DNA of 64,000 bases from Dudresnaya verticillata (GCA_977862235.1 OZ374565.1:1798001-1862000), one strand, 5' to 3'. Numbered from the stretch's first letter, positions 21,958 through 35,815 are shown. Translations and numbers: made by a program. Notes: generated by a model not told the origin, from the sequence alone.

Positions 21958-23184
21958 GGAAACCTGTTGCTTTGTTGCTCTCCTCAGCGATGGGAAACAG
22001 GTAGTACTGGTATGTGCCGCGACTGACAGAAGTGGCGGAGATGACTCGTTCCGAATGAGTCCGTGTCGCCTGCGTAACTAAGGATGCGAATCTCTGATGT
22101 TTCCCGACCAACCATGACGGTTTCGGCTGCAGTATCCGAACTGACGCTAAGCTCTGAAACATGAGATTGCTGTGGTTGTAACTAGGGTATTACTTGACGC
22201 GAGCTACAAAAGCCCAACTGTACGCGGAGTTTGTGGGCAGCTACGATTTCCCCTGTAAGATGAGCCCAGTTGTTGCGCTTCTGCTGCTTTCTGAATTCGA
22301 GAAGGCTGAACAAAAGCAGCTACTGAATTTCTGTGAATTGCCGCATGAGCATACCCACGTATTGGGATAGGGTTGGGTCTTGCCGGATCCGCTTCACGCC
22401 CTTGGCGACAATTTCGGTAGATTGAACCTGCTCCCACATTCTCTTCCCAGCGAAGAACATATACCCCATTAATGGCTGCCTTCTTCTCAGGCTTTAGATA
22501 TATTTCAAAACGCCCATGACAGATGCGTGCGCGCATCAAGGCTGGTATCTCTGTCGTGGGCACATCTGCGACGGCCCCTAACCTTACGACATAACGATTC
22601 CTGCCAACCGCGGAAAAAGGACCTGGTACCTCTGGCTAAGGTAGAGATTTACCAAGTTAGGAAACAGATCACTGTGAAACAACGCATCTTGTAACTTGCG
22701 CCATCCCTATTGGCACTACCCATGCACTGAAAAGGCCGTCGCAGGCGCTAGCTCGCTGCAACGGCTTGGCTGCGCTTCCTCGCTTCTTCTGGAGATTCCT
22801 GGTTATCTGTCGCTCTGAACAGGTGGAGCCGTTCTGTTTGCAGTCCTGGAAGGCTGCTGATGCCTCGTACCCTACATCACGCCCGGTCTGCTCACGCATG
22901 AGCTCATCAAGCACAAAATATGCAACCGGGACACCCGCAACTGGTCCGATAAACGGGACGCAACGCAAAAAGGCATCCCATGGCACATATACAGCAGCAA
23001 TACCGCACTTGAGCGGTCCATAGTGATGAAAAGCCAAGACGTGGCGTTCTGCATAGCCAGGGAAGCCTGCCGTTCACGCGTGGTCATGATGGCGTAGTAT
23101 TGTGGTGGACTCACTGGCGCGCATGGCGGCGCGACTGGAGGTCGCAGTGAGGGCGGGTGGTAGATGCAAGAGGGAGTCGCCTAT

Positions 23185-23799
23185 TCGTACAGGCGCGGCG
23201 GGGTGGGGATATTGGCAGTGGCGAGCCGTTTTGGGGTTGATGCGCGATGCGATATGGCATGCGGGGAGGAGGTGCTGCGCGAGGTGCGCGTCGCACTGGG
23301 TCTTGGATTGGAATGATGCGCATGGGAAGGGGTGGTACTGGTACCAGCACCCAGAGTGGAATGATGGCCGCGCACGACTGGGTTACCCCAGATTTACCCT
23401 GACAGTCAGTCAGTATCAGTCGTGCGGGGCAGCACTGTGCCCTTGAACACAGCTCAGGGCGGGCGGGGGATGCGGTGAGCGGGGCCAGGCGTGCCGAAGC
23501 ACGAGCGTCGGTGCGCTGCCAGGCGCACCCGGGAGGGCAGCAGGCGGCAGTGCAATTTCTGGGTAAAATTTAATTCGGAAATTCCGAAAGTTTCGAAACT
23601 TTCACGAAAATTTCCGGGACATTTACCCGTATATGTGGCATGCTGTAACTCCGCAACCGCGCGTGCTATCGCGAAACAGATTACACCATTCTTCTCAGCT
23701 CCCTCTCTCCAGTCTAACGCGATATAGAAATCTTCATTCCATTAACATTTTTTCAGACTGATTCGGAACACAGATTCTGAAAACCCGTAAATCTGTGTT
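23185..23799 (-). repeat. Right terminal inverted repeat
   Basis: Inverted copy of 9166-~9790. Confidence 0.93.
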
Positions 23800-23803
23800 C
23801 TTG

Positions 23804-25912
23804 GAAGGATTCAAGTATGTTTCGCAATTTTGGGTCGGCCTCTCGTTCTTGCTCGGTGCTTCGGGAAAGGTTGGAAATGTCTCGGACCCCGAAAATGACT
23901 ACAGCCTTCTTTCTACGGAATCGTCGGAACTCCTTCACAGACATATTTGTTACTTGCACCGGTCGTTCCTCTGTCTTTCTTGGAGCGAACAAGACCGCAC
24001 CATCTATTTCTATACTCTTGGACTCATAATCCACCCTTGGATGAACATCTTGATGCCACGGCATACCCAGGATCACATCATGTCGTACGTCCGCAACTAC
24101 AAACCTAGAACGATATTTGTGGTGCTTAATCTTGACCTCGGCTTGCTCAACTACTATACAGCTTTCTTCGGATACCTTAGAATTAGAATGACGAACCGTA
24201 ATCTGTTGGTCAACTTGGACTCTCTTAAAGGCACAGCGATGTTGCTTCCAATAGGAATGCGAGATAACGTTCGTAGAACAGCCATCATCCTTGAGAATCT
24301 CCACTGTACGACCATCCAAACAGCCCCCAGTACGAATAATGGCTTCAAGGGAACCTCTTGTTTGTTGCCATGAAGTCGAGGGGGCTTTTGAACTGAATCA
24401 GGAACAGGAGTAGCACCAGAAATATCCGCGGTAGACTGGACGGAACGACGGTTGGACGTTGCAACAGCAAGGGCAGCATCAGCCCCGGAGGCAAGAACAG
24501 GATTTAGAAATGCATCAGTTAAGCCCACAGCGGCATCATACGTAGCATCACGCGCAGAACGAAGACAGACATCAGATTTTGTACGAGCAGAATAAACAAC
24601 AGAGCTGCTAGACTCAGACTCCAAATAAGCGTCCCGGGCAGATTGAGTCAGAGTTGGAGCAAATTCATCAGGGACAAGACTCGAGAAAGCCTCTCCAGGC
24701 TCAGAAAACGTATCACGAACACTATTAACAGTATTACTGCCAGCCTTGGGACCATCTTGAGACCCATCATTGGTGACATGTGCACCAATGTCAACGAGAG
24801 TTTCACAAACGGGATAAGAACACTTATCGACGGATTCTGGGTTTAGGTTAGCATGGAACATGGGAACGGAAGCATGCGGGAAAACGGGAAGAATCTCAGG
24901 GATTGTTATAGACTTGGCGGCTGCAGTCTCGATGTATAATTTACTATATCCCCCACCCAGACCATGGGTGGCGCTTGGGATATTGAAGGTTATGCGCCTT
25001 GGGGGGTTGCCTTTTTCCTGTCCCTGATCCAATTTAATCCCGGCATTGTTAATCTTGGCATTCGCAGCAGCCCTAGCAGAGCAGGTCGATATCCTACACC
25101 CAGCCTTATGACAATAGAAGCAGGTATTGTCTCTCAAATCTTGTTGGCGTTGGGCATCTCTCCTGGATTGCACGTTGGAGATATCCATTGGAACCGGCCC
25201 GTCAGAGCCCGAATTACTCTTCTGAGGACGGGTGCTGCTACCACTGGTGTTGAAGGAATGAAATTTCCTTTCGAGGCCTCCACCCTTAACGCGTCAGACA
25301 GAATTTGGTTCAGATTTTCAGACTCCTTCGTACATAGCTCTGTCCGAATGTATTTCTTGAGGCCCTGAAAGTATCGGTAAATCGACTCTTCAGCTGATAT
25401 ACTGGGAATGTCCATAATGATCTTCTGAAACACGTTGTTGAACTTCGAGACCGTGTCGTTTTGACGACATACTGCGAGCTTGTCTCGAGCTGCTTTTACC
25501 TTGTTAATAGGACTGAAGCGTTTCAACAGAAGGTTCCGTAGTTCCTCCCATGATTTGCACTCAGTGCTGGACTTCGTTACATGGTACCAATTGTAGGCGT
25601 CATTGATTAGGTAACTAACGGCCACGCCTAGCCTTTGATTTTCAGGGACCTGTTGTAGATACAGGTCCACATGGCCTACGAAGGATTCAAGAGATTCATC
25701 CTTTTCCCGGAGAAAGGGGACGGTTTGTTGAAGTAATTCTTAGAATGGGGCATCTGGGGAATCGCTTCTGAATTCTGCACTTGCAATCGTAGAGCACTCA
25801 ACTCTGAGTACATTTCTTCCATCTTATGAATCATTTCAGTTACTGAGGGGCCTTCATTCAATGAAGGGGGAGGAATACTCATGGTTCCTGAGACCAGTAG
25901 CGATGCTGCCAC
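23804..25912 (-). pseudogene. Gypsy A gag and aspartic protease, frameshifted; PBS at ~25894-25911
   Basis: Gag (AYNWY, SWEEL, RQNDTVSKF, FQGLK), degenerate knuckle CFYCHKAGCRISTC, protease LKDDGCSTNVIS..DVILGMPW. PBS reads TGGCAGCATCGC. Confidence 0.9.
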
Positions 25913-26185
25913 TTAAACAGTAGCGAGATATAACGGTAAAATAGAGTAGAACAGGAACGGAATACCGGACTTTACTTCTGGAACTGAAATTAGCATCAAG
26001 ATGCCCCCCTTTCCTTGTCATTCCTCAGATGGGCTACATATACCCATGCAACTTGCTCTATCCTCTCTAATTCTCTATCACCTATCTATCTTTACTGTGT
26101 AACGAATGCTCCCTCGATATGGCATATCGAATCCCTTCTGGAATATCGGCATCCGTGGCCCCCCGATACAATGTGTACTGTTACA
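25913..26185 (-). repeat. Gypsy A 5' LTR (273 bp)
   Basis: Inverted copy of 5455-5727, flanked by ATGAG (= CTCAT on minus) at 26186-26190. Confidence 0.92.
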
Positions 26186-26401
26186 ATGAGCGTCCTAAGC
26201 TGCTGTAATTCCTCTTAAAGTTCAACGAGTTGTGCCTTCAAGTCTTCGAGAGTATTGTCGTACATTTGCATCATGCTTGGTCGCTGAATTTGGAATCCTC
26301 GTGTCTGTCGAGGAGGTGGCGCTGCAAAGCCTAGGTATGTGCAATTATTTATGTACTTTTCTCCTGGATAAAGTTAAGCAGACGGTTGATTTGACACACA
26401 T
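26186..26401 (+). mobile_element. Fragment of old Sola-family copy
   Basis: Homologous to ~16655-16868 (VCQINRLLNFIQEK vs VCRINRMLVFIQEK). Confidence 0.82.
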
Positions 26402-27343
26402 ACAATTGGTCCTCTCTTAACGCTCTCTTCGCTTCCTTTGGTGCCAGGTCACCCCACTTCCCCATTCTGTGCTCTATTGGTAGCCCTTCGCCGGGTGCTT
26501 TCGCACCACTTTTACTACGCGGTGTCGTGTGCTCTACGGCCCGTGTGCTGCCGGGGGGTTTTGCATTTCGTTTCGCTTTCATCTTAACCGTGTTTCTTTT
26601 TCTTCTCGTTTTCCGCTGGCGCTTAGCTTCCACTACGACTCTTCGAAATCTCCCGAGTAAGATACCGTCGATTCCACTTGCCAAATGCCTCCCACAACTA
26701 TTCCGAAACGTTCCCAAAAACACTCCAAAAAGATATCGAACAAGATGCTTTCGTTACTCTTACGCCTGCTGCATTGGGCTTTATGGCTACGTCTGCTTCT
26801 CTATTGGGCCGGTGCTTGACCTTGGAGATGGTCAGGCTATACCCACCTTCCTCACATCAATCATTGACCTCCCCCGTGTCAAGGAGCTTATTTTCACCTT
26901 CCAACAGAATCACAAATTCCAATCTTTACTCAAACGCTTTCTGAATCTCTCTGCTGCAGGCCCGGACGTCATTTCTTCCCAAAAAGCCTCTATACCTCCC
27001 GTTACTGCTCCGTCGGCTGTTCTTGCCCCTGTTGATCCTATCTAGTCACCTTCCGCTGACGAAACCTATCTTCAAGCTGCTATTTCTCCCAAAAAACACA
27101 AGCCTATTTCTCACCTTCCCGTACTTGGGCGTGATGGCCTGCGTGAGCATTCAGATCCTTCTGATCTATACTGACAAGCACTTTCGTTGGCCATGCTAGA
27201 CGCACTAACTGCAGATGTTTCGGTGGGGATGAGAACCGTTTCGTTCGAGTTGAAACTACCTATTCCACTTGTGCTATTGGCAACCCTTCAGAGTTTTGCT
27301 GCACCATTCACCAGGGTGGCTTCCGGGTCCGTGCTGTATTGTG
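26402..27343 (+). mobile_element. Probable 5' part of the CRE-type non-LTR retrotransposon
   Basis: C/T-rich plus strand like 58317-61930; joined to it by the ATTGTG duplication; interrupts the old Sola copy. Confidence 0.6.
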
Positions 27344-30300
27344 ATGATTCATGTTTATTGTTGTTTCGGCGGCCCTGCGCAGGCAACAAAGGCCCATTTG
27401 CAGGCGCACCGGCTCTAGGGGCCAAGGTGTTAATGAAGGTCGGGCAAGTGGTTACGGGGGTGACAAGGAGAACGGGGGAGGGTGGTCCACTGAGCATCGG
27501 TCACGGATCACAGCAATCGATAATGAGACTGAGCGGATTTACGAGGGCTGGACGGCGTCGTGTGAGAGCTTCGTGAGCTCGAGGGCATGGGCGCGTAGCG
27601 CCGTACGAGAGGAGGGGCAACGGGGTGGGATTGGGAAGGTGCATAAGTGCCACCTGATAGCAAGCAGGCGGTCACGGTGGTCAGGGGGTATCAGCGCCGG
27701 GACAAAGCGTGATGTGGTGGGGACTGGGGCTTTGCGCGGACCGGGAAATGCAGAGCGCCATTGGGCAACGCAGTCAGCATGCAGGGTGGATGGGGTCGTC
27801 GGTTTTTGGATCGCGTTGCCCAGCATCGGGTTTCGGAGCTTCGGGGGAGCGAGTAAAGTTTGCCGAGCGTGCCATGATGCCAGGAGGTACGTGGAGCGCG
27901 CAGTGCGGCGGAGGGAAGACACGAACTTGCTTTGTAGAATACGCTGGCGCAGAAGCGGCGGGACGATGCGGAACATAGCTCGAAGCTTCTTGAGACGCGA
28001 GCTGGGCATGCGGGGCGTGCGTTGCGATATGAACAAGCGGAAGAACTTGGTGTCGAGATTGTCGATGGCCCGCGTGACAGTAGGAGTATAGTTGATGAGG
28101 GCACATCCATGCTGGTAGACAGGTCGCACGAAAGTCTGGTATACAAAGTTAACTGCCGTTTCTGGCGTCTTGGCAGACACAAATACCGTGCTTCACAGTG
28201 CTCGAAGAACATTCTTGGCAGACGCTATCCGTTGCAGGAAAGTACGGTCACCGGGGCCAGCAGGGGAAACGTCTATGCCAAGATAGCAGGCCGTCGCAGG
28301 GTTGGAGAGGGTCTGGCCCGCAAGTTGGAACTTGGTCGAGTTGGGACGACCTCGGTGTCGAGTCGGACGGATAATAGCGCACTTGGTGGCAGACCAGGTC
28401 ATACCCGAGTCCTTGACCCACTCGTCGCAAATGCGAAGCGCCTGTCGTAGAGCGTGGGGTGACTCGACGTGTAGCAAGCAATCATCGGAAAACAACCGGC
28501 CCGGCGGGTGGTGATCAGCGCGTCCAAGTTTCTCGAAGAGTAGGTAGGCAAGCGGGTCTATGAAGAGGTTGAAAAGGATCGGGCTGAGGGGAGAGCCTTG
28601 CACGCCTTGCACCACGCCCCGACGGATGTCCACAGTCGTGTTTGTTGCGTCCCCTGCTGTACGAACGGAGAGTGTGCCAAGCGTTGTGGAAATCATAGCG
28701 ACCAAATGCGGGGGTAGGCGGTCAGCGCACAACTGGAGGAGCTTGTGCCGGTCAACCATGTCATAGGCTCGCTTGCGATCCAGGACAGCTGTGTAAGCGC
28801 CGCCGGACGCATTCGAAGCGAGAGTGAGGGCAACGGCCATTCCGGTACGGAGCTTGCGCTGGAAAACAAACTGCATACGGTGTGGGGAAAAGACTGCCTC
28901 GACATCGTAGGCACTGGCGCGTTCTATCACCTTGCGTAGGTGGGAGAGCATGCACAGTGGCCTATAGTTGTTGGAGTCGTCCCGGGGGCCGTGCTTGTGG
29001 ACTGGTACGAGTAGACCCGATACCCAGCCACGGGGAAAGATCCCAAAATGGCCATAGCATCGCCAGATCGAGAAGAGGAGGTCTGCGGAGATCTCGGGGT
29101 GTAACTTAAGCATCTCGACGTGGGTTTGGTCAGGACCCACCGCTTTCCAGCTGCCCATGCTTGTGATGGCCCGAAGTAGGGACGCGCGGAAGGACGGGGG
29201 ACATAGAACTCCCGAGGCTCGGGGGTGGGGGCGTGGCCGCTGGCGAACGCATGTGGTTGGTAAAGCGTTTGAGCGAGAGCGCGGGCCCAGTGGAGTTGAT
29301 GAATGCCAGCTGGCGCCGTCGTTTCCTCTGCTGCGCTCGGATGGCATGGGCGATTTTGGAGTGCGGCCGTCGGAACAGCTCGTCGTCAGAGCGTTCTTTG
29401 CGTTTGCGCTTCAGCGTGCGGGCGCGGGAATGGATGGTTCGCTATAGGGTTCCGTATTCCAGTTCCGCAGCGGCATGGGCTGGCGCCCCGGCCGATCGCA
29501 GCATGCGTCGGAACGCCCGACGGCGAGCTCGACGTAGAGGGTCAAGTTCAGGTGACCAATGGGGCTTGTACCGGCGGGGGCGAGGTGAGGCGACGGAGGA
29601 CCAGGGATTGATCAAGAGGTCAGGTAGCTTGTCGAGGATACATCGGGCCTGCTCCAGCGTGGAGGATCGGTCGAGCTCAGCGATGAACGGCGGGACGGAT
29701 TCTTCGTATTCTTGTATGACCCGTTCGTAGTGTCTCGGGTTGGGCAAGGTCGTCTTTGTGACTCGCAGCCGTCCGGGATTGTGGAGCTCAGGGGCATCGG
29801 TGATGTCGTGGGCGGCGCTGGCCAGCTGTACGACGACAGGGGCGTGATCGCTTGGACCTTCCCACGCACCTTCCTTCACAGTGGGCTGCAGGACTTGGGC
29901 GTGGCTGGACACGCAGAGTTCGATAGTGCTGGTACCGCCGCCGCCGTTGCGGCTCAGGAAGGTTGGGTGTGGAGGGGCGGACATGGAGAACGGGTGTTGA
30001 CTACACTAAGCAGCGAGAGCCTGGCCGCGGACGTTGCGGGCGGAACACCATGTGGGATGGCGGGCGTTCAGGTCGCCCATGAGGAGAGTCGGGCGGGTGG
30101 AGCGAGAGTTAACCTGGTCGAGGATGTCCACGAGCGTTGCGGCGTCGACGCGGGGACTGATGTACGCACCCATGACATCGCCGAGCCCAGGGACGCGGAC
30201 GCAGAGAAGTTGGTAGAGGGCGGGATGCAGCGGTGGTGGGGGAACTAGGGTGAAACGTAGGGAGGCTTGGTCGGAGGGGCGTGTAATAATGGCGACGCCG

Positions 30301-32218
30301 GCGATCCAGGGGCCACGGCCGGACGCCCTGGCACCAGGGAGGTCGAAGGTATTATGAGGTAGGGAAAGGGATGAAAGAGGTGGGGCATGGGTCTCCGTTA
30401 GGATGGGGACGCCAGGATCAACGGCGCAAAGGAGGTCCATAACATCCGCAAGGGTGGAAGAGAGGCCAGAGACGTTCCAAGTCGCCACAATCATGCGGAG
30501 CGGGAATCAGGTTGTCCCACGGAGGTGGGTGGCGGCGTCTTGCGTAGGATGGTAGGGTACCAGCGGTGAGGCATGTCCTTGGAGGAGGAAGGAGGCAACT
30601 GGATATCCATGGAGTCAGCCAAGGGGTCGAGGGGCGCGAGCCAGCCGCGGAAGGTGGCAGCTGGTGGATGGGGGCATCCGCGCGAGCGGCGGCGTTAGGG
30701 TCGGGCATCGGGCGCTTTCAGGGTGGACCGGCGGCAGACCCGGCTGCAGGGCTAGCTTGAGCAAGAGCCTGGGTCGCATAAGAGGGAGGCGAAGTGTCCC
30801 AATGGAAAGCATGCACCACTTGGGGGTGGTCGGTGCGCTGGCGAAGGCCCAAGGCGTGTTCCACTCCAGCGTGGCTGATGCGGGCTTGGAGTCGATGGCG
30901 GACGGCCGGGTGCACAGCTGCCAGGGTACGGAGTTTTTTCTGGTACCAGCAGGCTGTAGGTAGATGTGGGGTGAGCTTTCCGTTGCGCCACCATCGGACG
31001 GCGACGTTGAGGACATGCGCATCCGGCGTGAGGGTTGAGGCTGCGCGGGCTGGAGGCGAGAGGGGGTCAAACCTGACGCTGACTGGCGACATAAAGCGTC
31101 TCAGGCGCGTGAGGACCTTGTCTCTGACATGCTCCTCGTATACCACTTATACGATGTAGGGCGCAGTGGTGGTGTGGTATGATATGTTCCGGAGTGCACG
31201 GCGGTCGCCGCCCATGACGTCCTGGAGGAGACAGCGATGCAGGTTGCTGAGCTGTAACCACTTGCTGTACTCGAAGTACGAGCCCGTAAGCGGGCTGCTG
31301 AGTTCCCAATGGCTGCTAACGGGCTGGCGGTCTGCGGGGTACAGAAGGTGAAGCGCATCCATGGTCATGGGAGGGGGGTTGAAGGCAGGAGGGGCGGCAC
31401 GGGCAGCGGCGAGGAATGTGCGGGAGCTGTCTCCCCCTTGTTCAGGCGTTGCAGCACGGAAGGCATGTGAGGGCGCATTGGCGACGAAAGGTTTGATGCA
31501 GGTGGCCGCGGCCTCCCGCGGGAGTTGGAGCTGTAGTGCACTAGCTTGCACGGCCGTCACGTTTCCAATCTCAGCCGGAGTAGCCGACGTCGGCACAGGT
31601 TGAAGGCGGGAGTTGATGAGGGCCGCTAGCGATGCAGTCTGTTCTTGGGACAGCCGAGCGGCATCGCGGCGAGTATACTCTGCCTTTTCGTCAATCTTGG
31701 TGGATACGCTCGTCGAAACCCCGTCGAGCATGGACCAGAAGACTGTACCATTCTCTTCAATCCGCGCGGAGAGCACAGATTTGGTCTCAACCAGGTTGGC
31801 TTCGATAGCAAACATCCGGTCACGTTGGTCAGAGAGCGTGTGGGTCTCCTGAAGCCCTGTCTCCTGGCGCTGAATGGACAGTTCAAGAGACGCAATGGCG
31901 CTGTCGGTGGCGCGTGCGCGCAGGTCGTGGCGGGGAGAACTCTTCGGCTTCTCAAGGAGCTTGGCCATAGCAGCAGAGGCGTGGCGGAGCGCGTTACCAG
32001 CGCATAGGACGCAGAGCAGAGAGGTCGCTTGGAAGACGGACTGGCAGGCGGAGCAGGCGTAGGAGGGAGAGGGGGTATCGCGTGGGTACAGTGTCGCGGG
32101 GCGGGGCGTGGGGCAACGGAAGCAGACGCAGAACGGGAGAGTGGCAGCACTGAGGAGCTCGGACTCGAATTGCGAGGCGAGAGCCACCAGGCCTGGTACG
32201 GATTTGCCGCCCGACTCG
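27344..32218 (-). mobile_element. APE-RT non-LTR retrotransposon (LINE copy 2): ORF1 3' part and frameshifted ORF2
   Basis: MIVATWNVSGL, LTETH, MGDLNARH, SDHAP (APE). NYRPLCM, QGSPLSPILFNLFID, LFSDD, YLGI (RT). AATAAA near 27355 on minus. TSD ATTGTG at 27338-43 and 58311-16. Confidence 0.9.
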
Positions 32219-32223
32219 AGAAG

Positions 32224-33128
32224 TGTGGTGCAAGGGGAGGTGAGCCCTTTTTCGCTGAAAGCGGGTAGCAACAAATACGTCGACCGACAGAGAAATCGCC
32301 ACCGGCGCTCACCACCGCCGTTGGCGCGCGAACACGTCATCGACGTATCACTAGGCGCGCGCGCACACTGCGCGCCACGCGGGCACTGTACGGTGATGGG
32401 CCGACATGGCGCCCCGGGGCAGTGTAATACGGATCCAGATGGGATCCGAATCTGGTATCCAGATTGGGTATCTGGATCGCCTCAGCTGTAAGATACGCGC
32501 CTGTAAGGCTGCGGGTGTTCGCATTGCTGGCCTAATCCGGATGGGATCGGGATCGGACAAGTATCGGATTAGATCCAAGGCGCACGCTCTACAGTATACG
32601 CGCGCGCACAGCTGTAAGGCACACGCGTCCACGTGTGTATGTAAGCACCCACACAGGGGGTTGCATGGCAACCAGTCAACCGCGCGGCTGCATGCGGTGG
32701 GTGATTTCTCAGACGCGCCTCGGGACGACATGTGTCCCGAGTTCCCGCGCTACGCACACGCACCGCCGCCGCCGCACCGCCGTACTATACTTAGGTAAGC
32801 CGTCCCAGACGTAGCAGTAAACGCACGGGCAAGCCGGCCTTGGTCCAGACTTCCCCGTTCCGCACGCGCGTGCCCTACCGCTGCCTACGGCTAAGCGTCT
32901 ACCTTCCGTGCTTCCACGTCTATACCCGTCCTTGACGTGTTTCCCTTTTGTTTCCTTTCTGTTCCCTTTTTCCTTCCTTTCCGCCTCGGGCGTCTACAGT
33001 CCGCTCAAGGCGTGTCCTCTGCTCTACCACAAGCCGCCCAAGGCGAGGCTACTCACCGCCACGGGCGCAACTACCCACCGAACCCCGAACTGCTCGGCGG
33101 TATACCGTCTACAGACGTTTGCACCACA
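32224..33128 (+). repeat. Gypsy B 5' LTR
   Basis: Direct repeat of 44938-45341 plus 57098-57578. Confidence 0.92.
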
Positions 33129-33225
33129 TCTGGTCTTCCGACCTAGAATTGTGCTACGTTTCAACGAGTTACTCCGTCGTGCGACGTCCGACTCTCCGTC
33201 TTCAGACGTTCGTCGCTAATCGTCC

Positions 33226-35815
33226 ATGACGTTCAAGCAACTCTACGACTGCATTATGGCCTCACGACCGCCACCGTCGCGAGGCCCAAGTTCAAGAAGA
33301 CCGTCTTCGACGCCTGGGAGTGTGCCCGCGTCAGAACGGTCGCTACAGCGGATGAAAACGAGGTCTGGGCGCCTCTTGAGCCCCGAGATCGCGTCAGCGT
33401 TCCCGACACTACTCCCGGGCCACGGCCGCGCAGGCTCCCACGCGTCGCTCAACGGAGGAGAGTTACCTCCCCCGCCGACGCGCGTACCCATTGTCGTCCG
33501 CACCTCAGTCCCCGAGGGATCGGCGCTCCGCACCTACCGCTCCTACGTTGACTCGGCTGATACAGTAAAAGCCGAGAAACAGGACGTCGTAGACGGAACC
33601 CAAGCCGACATCGTCGAGGGACAACTGGAACTTCCCGATCAACCAACCATCCACGTCAACGACGATCAAGGGCACTCCGCGGAGCGCAACGTCGCTGACG
33701 ACCCATTGACACCCGGGGCATGTTGCCCCACTCCCCACGGCAGTGCCGCTTGTTCGCCGGCTAAGCCGAAGTCGCCAAGCCAAAGGGCGCAAGGAACACC
33801 CGACCGGTCAAACCGCGAAAGCCAACCGCCAACGGCGCCACCCTCAGCCGTCCGCGTGAGTAACTTAACGATACCACGCGAACGGATCCGAGAGGTATGC
33901 GCCTCGGAAGACGATGCTATGCTCGCTAAGTTCGCCGGGTTGCTGGACGACAGTGTCGGAGGAATCGCAAGTCATCTACAGACGTTGGAGGAGAATCGGA
34001 ACGGCGCCCTGCAAGGGCTTCGCTCCGATCTCGACCGTCTATTGACGAACCAAAACGCCCAAGGCGAGGGTACACAACCACCGCCGGCAGTAACGGTTCA
34101 TTCGCATTCTGCGCTTAGCTCACGCGAACGCTTTCAGCGACTGGCGACTCGTTTAGAGCGTCTCGAAACCGCCAAGTGGCGCAACGGTCCACTGTTGGCT
34201 GACGAGAGCTCGTGCGAAGATCGTCATAGACGTAAGGATCGGAAGAGACGCCGCCGAAAGCTGCGTGAAAGACGGAAGAAGAACCGTCATCGACGTGGGG
34301 ATTCTTCCTCATCCTCTCTGGACTCTTCAAGCGACGGAGAGTCGTCAGACGTTTCGTCTGAAGACGACGACTTCCCAGCTCTCGGCAGTGCCGCAAGACC
34401 TCGCGGAAAGCGGTTCAAGGGGTTGAAGGAGCTACTCCCCTCCAACCCCTTTTCGATCATTTATTATCGTACAGGACTTACCGTCTCAACGACGTATGGC
34501 AAAAACGCTCAGGACGCGATACGGGTGAGGTCAAGGACCATATTAAGCGCTTGGAGCTGACCATGAAGGACGCCGCCTTCAACGGCAGCGACCCCGTCAT
34601 GGTCCTGGAGTTCCTGACGCGTTTCGCGGATGAAGCCGATACGCTGGAGATGAGCGAATCCCAAGCGTTCGTCGCACTGCCGTACTTCTTGCGAGGTACG
34701 GCAGCCACGCAATTCCGCTCCGTCAAGTCGGCGACTTCGCGCCATCGCGATGGGGTGTCCTCGAATGCGGAGGCGGTACAGTACCTCCTCCGTATGTATG
34801 CTACGCCAGCGGCGATCAGGGACGCTGTCCTCGCCTTACGGTCGATCGTCCAGAAGCAAGGCGAGGACGAGAAGACCTATGGGATGCGGCTAGCCAGCGC
34901 TTGTATCCGTTGCGGTAACGTATATCCCGATTGGGAAAGATGACGCTGTACATGGACGGATTAGACCCGTCGATCAGGTACCTGGTCGCTCGCTTCCGAG
35001 AAGAAACGCCAAGGGCGGAATTTTCATTCGAGCGGCTGGTTCACTTCGAGCAGGACGAAGGAGACGCCAACCGCGCACAACACGGCAGGGCCGGTTCCGT
35101 GTCAGCACGACGTGACCTACTGACACCGGCTCAAGCCGTACGCACACCAAGACCCGCCATCGGCGATGCCCGAGGTGTACTGCATCCACAGACGAGAGGC
35201 GCAAAGCCTGGAGCGCGAGCTATGATAGCGGAGTCCTCCGTCGAGTTCTGAGACATTAGCCGCCCTGTCGATGACATGGAAACACACGCCGAAGGCAACC
35301 TCTACTTGGCAGACGAGCAAACGTCGGTGCCAACTTCGGCTCTACCGACGGACAGTTACGTCGATAACGAAGACGCGAGGGACATGGACCCCGCTCACGC
35401 CTTTGCGCGCTCGGTCGTACCCGCGCCACGCGTTCCATATTCCGGTTATGCCCCTCAAGTTCACCGGGCAAGGCCCGTATGGCAGGACAGAGGTCCGCCC
35501 CGTCAAGACGCGCGTCGGCAGCTGGTGTGCCACCAATGTTATCATCGCGGACACATCGCGCCGGACTGTTTCCTCCGCATGAGCGACTTCATGAAGGTTA
35601 TTACCAACTATGAAGGAATAACCGAAGCCGAGAAGGCTGGTGTCCCTGCTGATGCGTATGTACGTTGCAAGGAACGCCCGACCCGCGACGCCGCTCGCCG
35701 TGCTGCACTACCACAATCGCCACGAGGCGGACCCATGCCGCTCGCGGCAGAACGTCATCCGACGATGATCAATCGCTTTGTAGCGCGACAACCGCCGCCG
35801 CAGGCGAAAAACTAA
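33226..35815 (+). pseudogene. Gypsy B gag, frameshifted
   Basis: FNGSDPVMVLEFL, QKQGEDE, YMDGLDP, and CCHC knuckle CHQCYHRGHIAPDC. Confidence 0.88.

Larger units (their letters stand above)
9166..23799 (+). mobile_element. 14.6-kb Sola-like DNA transposon with long TIRs and cargo genes
   Basis: Termini AACACAGATTT...AAATCTGTGTT. CTTG at 9162-9165 and 23800-23803. Excision restores the Gypsy pol frame. Internal DDD transposase. Confidence 0.9.

Noticed and set aside
25894..25911. Tf1-like self-priming (PBS ATCGCTACTG complementary to LTR 5543-5552)
   Set aside because: The PBS starts with TGG like a tRNA PBS, the match is mutated in the 5' LTR, and it lies upstream of the likely TATA-like motif.
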